From positions 8,742 through 72,741 of the forward strand of contig CAINLJ010000114.1 in NCBI GenBank assembly GCA_903850335.1: a DNA stretch of 64,000 nucleotides. The letters run 5' to 3'. Of the stretch, positions 58,674-64,000 are shown one piece after another. The translations under genes and the position numbers were made by a program. The stretch is from an uncultured Bacteroidia bacterium. GTDB lineage: Bacteria > Bacteroidota > Bacteroidia > Bacteroidales > Prolixibacteraceae. Every line of letters starts with the position of its first letter. The first letter of the stretch is position 1. The notes beneath the pieces were generated by a model that had not been told where the DNA came from, did no database searches, and saw only the letters and a list, made by a program, of their open reading frames with translations.

Positions 58674-58944
58674 AAAACATCTTGTCTACTGCTCAATGAT
58701 CCCTTCTGCTAATTGAGGATAAATTTGAGTCTTCTTAACTGAAGAGAAAGCCCTGGAATACAAAAAAAAAAATTCAATTACGCGAATCATGGGTTTAGGA
58801 ACTCTGGTTGCTGGAATTTCTAAAAAGAGTTTTTTGACTAAAAATGAACCAAAATCTCCTCTTAAAAATTGATACGGAGGCCGGCAACCACAGGATTTTT
58901 AAACAGACCCGCCAAACACAAAGAAGGGGTCAGTAAGGTCCGGT

Positions 58945-59406
58945 TTATCCATTTACTTCAATGTCAAGTTGTCTTCCTTCCGCAAATGCATTCTTGTCCA
59001 TTCCATCACCAACCCCAATTCCAATGGCTAAACCTATAGGTAACCCTATTCCTAAATAAGCCATATTTCCCAGGCTGGTTCCAAAGGCAACACCAATTGG
59101 AATGCCAAATGCAGCCATTCCCAGACTCATCCACATGTTCCGATAGTAGTTTCTTGGTGTGAGTTTAAGATCTTTTTCCAGCAATTTGATTATTCTTTGC
59201 AGTCTATGTTTAATTTGTTTCCTCAATTCGTTTCCAATATTTGAAATAGAATTGATTTCATCAATGTTTTTGTTGATTGAAACAACTATTTCATCTGGTA
59301 ATTCCCTTTTTTCCAGTTCAATTAATAGTTTCGTGAATTGAGCATAAATTTCATTCAATTTGATTTCCTTATTGTCTGATCGCTGGTTTAATTCATGTAG
59401 TTTCAT
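58945..59406 (-). CDS. hypothetical protein with helical N-domain and C-terminal glycine-zipper membrane segment
   Basis: 153 aa. The C-terminus is LGMAAFGIPIGVAFGTSLGNMAYLGIGLPIGLAIGIGVGDGM. I recognise no family. Confidence 0.5.
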   Translation of the reverse strand: MKLHELNQRSDNKEIKLNEIYAQFTKLLIELEKRELPDEIVVSINKNIDEINSISNIGNELRKQIKHRLQRIIKLLEKDLKLTPRNYYRNMWMSLGMAAFGIPIGVAFGTSLGNMAYLGIGLPIGLAIGIGVGDGMDKNAFAEGRQLDIEVNG

Positions 59407-59665
59407 AGTGAGCTTTTGTACACGAATATATATAATTCACCTTGATTAATTAACAAAAAAAGTAATTTAGGAGAAATTAAAATTGCAATAAGTTGACCCC
59501 ATCGAGCCACTTAAATTGACAATGAATGCCACTGGATATTCCAGAAGTGATATTACTGCTTAAAATCCAGAATAACGTTCAATTTGGACTATAGGTTTGG
59601 ATTTGTGGCCAAATGAGGTTCTATTAATTGGCTGTCGCAATTCTTTTGGTAACACCCGAATAGTT

Positions 59666-60163
59666 TTACACATTATTCTTTATTACCTTTACTTTCTCCA
59701 TTACTTCGCTACTCATTTTATTTTTGTATTCAAGCATTTTTTGACGAAATATTTTTTCCCGGACAGAAAGTATTTGAATTGAAAGCAATCCAGCATTTTT
59801 AGCACCATTCAATGCAACCGTTGCTACTGGCACTCCTCCTGGCATTTGAAGTATTGATAAAATAGAGTCCCATCCATCAATAGAGTTAGACGATTTAATT
59901 GGAACACCAATTACAGGCAAAGGCGAAATAGCAGCGACCATGCCAGGCAAATGTGCAGCACCTCCAGCACCAGCAACAATAACCTCAATACCTTTTTTAT
60001 GGGCATTTTCTGCAAAGTCGTATAGTCTTTTGGGAGTGCGGTGGGCAGAAACAATTGTAATTTCATAAGGAACACCAAATTCTTTTAAAATTTCTGCTGC
60101 CTGATTCATAATTGGCATATCTGAGTCGGAGCCCATAATAATGCTTACAAGAGGGTTTACCAT
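59666..60163 (-). CDS. purE: 5-(carboxyamino)imidazole ribonucleotide mutase (class I PurE)
   Basis: 165 aa with [17 protein letters not shown] and [13 protein letters not shown] motifs. It overlaps purK by 7 nt. Confidence 0.9.
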   Translation of the reverse strand: MVNPLVSIIMGSDSDMPIMNQAAEILKEFGVPYEITIVSAHRTPKRLYDFAENAHKKGIEVIVAGAGGAAHLPGMVAAISPLPVIGVPIKSSNSIDGWDSILSILQMPGGVPVATVALNGAKNAGLLSIQILSVREKIFRQKMLEYKNKMSSEVMEKVKVIKNNV

Positions 60164-61311
60164 GACTTAACTCTTAATTTTTGCCTTACAATACATGCTT
60201 TTTGTTTTGCTTCATCAATAGAAGTAGCAATGACGGTTACATGCCCCATTTTCCGGTATGGTTTTGTAATTCTTTTCCCATATAAATGAATTTTCACGCC
60301 TTCGATGCTCATGCAATCGGTCAATCCTTCATATTTTACAGATCCTTCATAGTCAGGTTCACCTAAAAGATTAATCATTACAGAAGGCATTTTTAGCTTT
60401 GTGCTACCCAGCGGAAAATTAAATATAGCTCTTAATAATTGCTCATATTGTGAAGTTTCAATACTTTCTATAGTATGATGACCACTGTTGTGGGGACGTG
60501 GTGCAATTTCATTAATCCAAACATCATTATATTTATCCACAAACATTTCCACAGATAAAAGTCCGCAAAGGTTAAGTGAAGCTATCAGCTTAATCGCAAT
60601 TCCATTTGCGTGCTGAAGAATTTTTTCATCCAATGAGGAAGGACAAATTAATTTCTCAACCATATTTGCTTCATTAAATTCCATCTCTGCCACCGGAAAA
60701 CATTTTGTTTCTCCTTTGCAATTTCGTGCAACTATGACTGAAATCTCTGTTTGTATCTCAACCAGTTTTTCTATAATAGAATCACCATCTAATAAGTTCT
60801 TGAGGTCATATTGTGTATGTATGATCGCAACTCCTTTTCCATCGTAACCGCCTTTTCTTAATTTCTGTACAAAAGGAAATGGAATTTCACCAGTTGTAGC
60901 AGCTTCAATTATTTCAGCTTTGCTTTTAAACAGTAGAAATTGTGCGGATGGAATTTGATTGTTTCGATAAAACTCTTTCTGCAAGCCTTTATCCCAAATA
61001 ATTCGCAAAGTATCAGGGTCTGGAAATATCTTTTTCCCTTCGGATTTTAACTTCTGTAAGGCTTCGATGTTGACATTCTCAATTTCAAATGTTATCATAT
61101 CAACCATTTCTCCAAAACGAATCACATCTTCATAATCGAGTTGATTTCCTCTGACATAGTTAGTACAGCATGTTGAGGCAGGGCAATGGTGATCGGTATC
61201 CAAAATAAATGTCTTAATATCCCAGTTACTTGCAGCCAGAACCAGCATTTTGCCTAGCTGGCCGCCTGCAATAATTCCAAGTTTAAAATCTGATGTTACA
61301 AGTTGCTCCAT
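60157..61311 (-). CDS. purK: 5-(carboxyamino)imidazole ribonucleotide synthase (N5-CAIR synthetase)
   Basis: 384 aa with [13 protein letters not shown], an ATP-grasp core ([15 protein letters not shown]) and [12 protein letters not shown]. Confidence 0.9.
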   Translation of the reverse strand: MEQLVTSDFKLGIIAGGQLGKMLVLAASNWDIKTFILDTDHHCPASTCCTNYVRGNQLDYEDVIRFGEMVDMITFEIENVNIEALQKLKSEGKKIFPDPDTLRIIWDKGLQKEFYRNNQIPSAQFLLFKSKAEIIEAATTGEIPFPFVQKLRKGGYDGKGVAIIHTQYDLKNLLDGDSIIEKLVEIQTEISVIVARNCKGETKCFPVAEMEFNEANMVEKLICPSSLDEKILQHANGIAIKLIASLNLCGLLSVEMFVDKYNDVWINEIAPRPHNSGHHTIESIETSQYEQLLRAIFNFPLGSTKLKMPSVMINLLGEPDYEGSVKYEGLTDCMSIEGVKIHLYGKRITKPYRKMGHVTVIATSIDEAKQKACIVRQKLRVKSW

Positions 61312-61341
61312 TGTACATGTGTTGATATTGTTTATCTTTTA

Positions 61342-62304
61342 CTAAATGTAATTGACTATTAAATAATACAGGGGCATTCCAATTGTTATATTAAAAGGAA
61401 ATGTAATACCCAAAGCCATTGGAATATACAAACCCGGATCGGATTTGGGTGCAGCAAAACGCATGGCGGCAGGCACCGCAATATATGAAGCGCTTGCAGC
61501 AAGAATAGCAAAAATGAATCTGTTCCCAATATCATGAACAAAAAGTCCGCTTAAGGCTGCTACTATACAACCATTTACCATTGGAATCACTATTGCAAAT
61601 GCTGTTGCAAACCAGCCATATATTCTAAAGGAAGAGAATCTTCGGGCTGTAACCATCCCCATTTCTAAAAGGAAAATGGCAAGGAATCCTTTAAAAATAT
61701 CAGTTGTAAATGGTTTTATTCCTTCCGCTTGTTTAGTGTCAGCAATCAGCCCAATAATTAAACTTCCGATGATCATCAACACACTTCCGTTAGTGAATGA
61801 ATGTTTAATAGTTTGGGTTAATTTCCCTTTGCTACGTGTATCAGTATCAAATTTCATCATCAGAATTATACCCATAATAATTGCAGGTGATTCCATTAAT
61901 GCCATCACCGCAACCATGTGACCGCCAAATACAATTTTCTGTGATTCGAGAAATGAAACAGCAGCCACAAAAGTTACTGCACTTACCGAACCATAAGCAG
62001 CAGCGACTGCACCTGCATCACTGATACTCATTTTGCGTTTAAGGATGAAAAAAGTGTATAATGGAATTACAGAAGCGATTAAAACTCCAAATATCAACGA
62101 ATAAATTATTTCTGCAGTAAAACCACTGTGTGCTAATTCCTGTCCACCTTTAAAACCAATAGAGAAAAGCAAATACAATGAAATAAATTTGCTTATTGAT
62201 TCAGGAATTTCAAGGTCGCTTTTAACTATGACAGCAAAAGTTCCCAGTGCAAAAAATAATAATGTTGGATTTGTTAGATTTGAAATTAGAATTTGAAAGT
62301 CCAT
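61342..62304 (-). CDS. SbtA-like sodium-dependent bicarbonate transport family permease (Sbt_1/DUF897)
   Basis: 320 aa with ~10 TM segments. The N-terminus LLFFALGTFAVIVKSDLEIPESISKFISLYLLFSIGFKGGQEL matches the family as recalled. Confidence 0.65.
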   Translation of the reverse strand: MDFQILISNLTNPTLLFFALGTFAVIVKSDLEIPESISKFISLYLLFSIGFKGGQELAHSGFTAEIIYSLIFGVLIASVIPLYTFFILKRKMSISDAGAVAAAYGSVSAVTFVAAVSFLESQKIVFGGHMVAVMALMESPAIIMGIILMMKFDTDTRSKGKLTQTIKHSFTNGSVLMIIGSLIIGLIADTKQAEGIKPFTTDIFKGFLAIFLLEMGMVTARRFSSFRIYGWFATAFAIVIPMVNGCIVAALSGLFVHDIGNRFIFAILAASASYIAVPAAMRFAAPKSDPGLYIPMALGITFPFNITIGMPLYYLIVNYI

Positions 62305-62339
62305 GATTTTATCTTTTTAAAGTTTATGTTAACAATGAT

Positions 62340-63041
62340 TTATTTTATAAAACTCACTTTGCCAGTGGTAATGTCATAGAATGCACCTACAATTTTCACT
62401 TTGCCTTGTTTTACTAATTCATTTATTACAGAACTTTGTTCTAAAATATCGGCAATTGTAAATTCTACATTTTTTATTGAAGTCTGAGAAACCATCAAAT
62501 CCATATTTGATCTGTCGCCTGTAATTGCAGGTTTAATATGGTCAACAAGCTGAGTAAGGTTACCTAAATCAACATTGTCAATTGCTCCTTTTACGGCTCC
62601 GCATTTATTGTGCCCCATTACTACTATTAGTTTGGTTCCTTTTACCTTGGTTGCAAACTCCATACTTCCTAAAATATTTGGGTCTTCAATATTGCCTGCA
62701 ACTCTTGCTACAAAAATATTTCCTATGCCCTGGTCAAAAATTATTTCCGGTGGGATACGAGAATCTAAACAGGAAAGAACGAGTGAATGAGGGTGCTGGT
62801 CATCTTTTGTTTCCTCAATTTCTTCTTTGTAGTTCGTGTTAATTTGTTTACTGTCCAAAAATCGTTGATTACCATTTTTGAGCTCTGCAAGTGCATCATC
62901 CGGAGTTTTAATATCAACATTTTTAGGCGGAGCAAGTGATTTTCTTGATGCCGTATGATCGGGTTGACTATTTGCGATTATAAATGAGAGACTTAATAAT
63001 ATCGCAATCAATGTAGTTGGAATGAATCTTGTCATTTTCAT
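62340..63041 (-). CDS. beta-class carbonic anhydrase with signal peptide (periplasmic)
   Basis: 233 aa with signal MKMTRFIPTTLIAILLSLSFIIANS. The zinc-site motifs are SCLDSRIPPE and VMGHNKCGAV. Confidence 0.85.
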   Translation of the reverse strand: MKMTRFIPTTLIAILLSLSFIIANSQPDHTASRKSLAPPKNVDIKTPDDALAELKNGNQRFLDSKQINTNYKEEIEETKDDQHPHSLVLSCLDSRIPPEIIFDQGIGNIFVARVAGNIEDPNILGSMEFATKVKGTKLIVVMGHNKCGAVKGAIDNVDLGNLTQLVDHIKPAITGDRSNMDLMVSQTSIKNVEFTIADILEQSSVINELVKQGKVKIVGAFYDITTGKVSFIK

Positions 63042-63061
63042 GATGTTTTAATTTTTGTTTC

Positions 63062-63107
63062 TGCAAAGATGTGTACTCTTATTTATATATTTTTATTTAT
63101 CTTTGCA
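63062..63107. promoter_or_regulatory. perfect 9-bp inverted repeat in the divergent promoter region
   Basis: TGCAAAGAT (63062-63070) and ATCTTTGCA (63099-63107) are separated by 28 AT-rich nt. The right arm contains TATCTTTG (63098-63105), a TAnnTTTG box 25 nt upstream of the LysR ATG. The left arm read on the minus strand is the near-match CATCTTTG. Confidence 0.4.
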
Positions 63108-63129
63108 ATGATCATCATAAATATTTTTT

Positions 63130-64000
63130 ATGGATTATACTTTCAACCAACTCCGGATATTTTTAAAAGTTACGCAAACACAAAGCGTAACGAAGGCATC
63201 CGAAGAACTGCACTTGACGCAGCCTGCAGTATCCATACAACTCAAAAATTTTCAAGACCAGTTTGAAATTCCGCTAACAGAAATAGTTGGCCGAAAAATA
63301 TTCATCACTGATTTTGGTAAAGAAATTGCAGAGGCAGCGGAAAATATATTAAATCAGGTACATGCAATTAATTACAAAACACAATCTCACAAAGGTCAGT
63401 TGTCAGGTCGACTTAAAATTTCAAGTGTGTCAACTGGAAAATATGTGATTCCGTATGTATTATCTGACTTTTTACAAAAGCACGACAGCATAGAGTTACT
63501 ACTTGATGTAACCAACAAATTAAAAGTAATAAGGAGCCTTGAGAATAACGAAGTGGATTTTTCATTGGTTTCAATCCTACCTGACAGCATTAAAGTTGAT
63601 AAGATAGAATTGATGCAAAACAAATTGTATTTAGTAAGCAATACAAAGCAGAAGTTCGCAAACAAGTTGTATGATAAAACAATTTTTGAATCACTGCCTT
63701 TGATCTACAGGGAGCAAGGCTCGGGTACAAGAAAAACAATGGAAATGTTTATAAAACAAAATAATTTACCTGTAAGAAAAAAGATGGAACTTACTTCAAA
63801 TGAAGCTGTTAAACAAGCAGTAGTTGCAGGTCTGGGTTGCTCAATTATGCCATTGATTGGCATGAAGAATGAATTACAAAATGGGGAATTACAAATTATA
63901 CCTGTAATAGGATTTCCAATAAAATCAGTATGGAATTTAATCTGGATGAAAGGGAAAAATCATTCTCCTGTTGCTCTATCACTATTAGATTATGTAAGAA
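63130..64000 (+). CDS. LysR-family transcriptional regulator (partial; continues past window end)
   Basis: Not in the track because it runs off the edge. My translation from ATG 63130 is MDYTFNQLRIFLKVTQTQSVTKASEELHLTQPAVSIQLKNFQDQFEIPLTEIVGRK... (HTH), followed by a LysR substrate-binding domain (LSGRLKISSVSTGKYVIP...). The frame stays open to position 64000. Confidence 0.85.
   Translation, partial: MDYTFNQLRIFLKVTQTQSVTKASEELHLTQPAVSIQLKNFQDQFEIPLTEIVGRKIFITDFGKEIAEAAENILNQVHAINYKTQSHKGQLSGRLKISSVSTGKYVIPYVLSDFLQKHDSIELLLDVTNKLKVIRSLENNEVDFSLVSILPDSIKVDKIELMQNKLYLVSNTKQKFANKLYDKTIFESLPLIYREQGSGTRKTMEMFIKQNNLPVRKKMELTSNEAVKQAVVAGLGCSIMPLIGMKNELQNGELQIIPVIGFPIKSVWNLIWMKGKNHSPVALSLLDYVR

Noticed and set aside
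63069-63266. 65-aa track ORF in the CA/LysR intergenic region
   Set aside because: A different frame starting at ATG 63130 encodes a textbook LysR HTH and stays open to the window end. The 65-aa ORF is a frame artefact.

Overview
This is a dense 64-kb chromosomal segment that reads as a low-GC Bacteroidota-type genome. Supporting signs are TAnnTTTG -7 promoter boxes 20-130 nt upstream of many starts, almost no Shine-Dalgarno sequences, an OMP_b-brl_3/TonB-receptor remnant, and DUF1080, Gfo/Idh/MocA, GH20 and GH5 glycan genes. All family calls come from reading the translated ORFs and recalling motifs. No database search was run. I support about 58 intact CDS, 6-7 gene remnants or pseudogenes, and 2 clear hairpin terminators. 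I found no rRNA, tRNA, CRISPR array, transposase, integrase or phage genes. From left to right the window contains: (1) a partial acyl-CoA dehydrogenase, rhamnulokinase, ElbB, FolC, PIN-PhoH and PpnP; (2) a SurA-like PPIase/OstA-like envelope operon; (3) a tripartite MacB-type ABC efflux operon with two paralogous adaptors; (4) RecG; (5) a two-gene operon pairing a pore-less MgtE sensor module with an NRAMP-fold transporter carrying Mg-type site substitutions; (6) a decayed TonB-type receptor; (7) TatD, a B3/4-domain protein, PlsC and YafV; (8) an ABC-F ATPase; (9) a glycan block with GH20, an SSS transporter, an HGSNAT/NagX-like protein, a giant HEAT-2xDUF1080 protein, a TAT-exported Gfo/Idh/MocA oxidoreductase, pirin and GH5; (10) an AT-rich patch (~46.9-58.9 kb) of small stress, detox and ligand-binding genes with conspicuous gene decay, including in-frame stops, truncations and one chimeric ORF; (11) a LysR-flanked operon of periplasmic beta-carbonic anhydrase, SbtA-like bicarbonate permease, PurK and PurE. 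The strongest candidates for undescribed biology are the MgtE-sensor/NRMT-like pair, the carbonic anhydrase-SbtA-PurKE operon, the HEAT-2xDUF1080 plus TAT oxidoreductase pair, and the dual-adaptor ABC exporter. None is a recognisable defence system.
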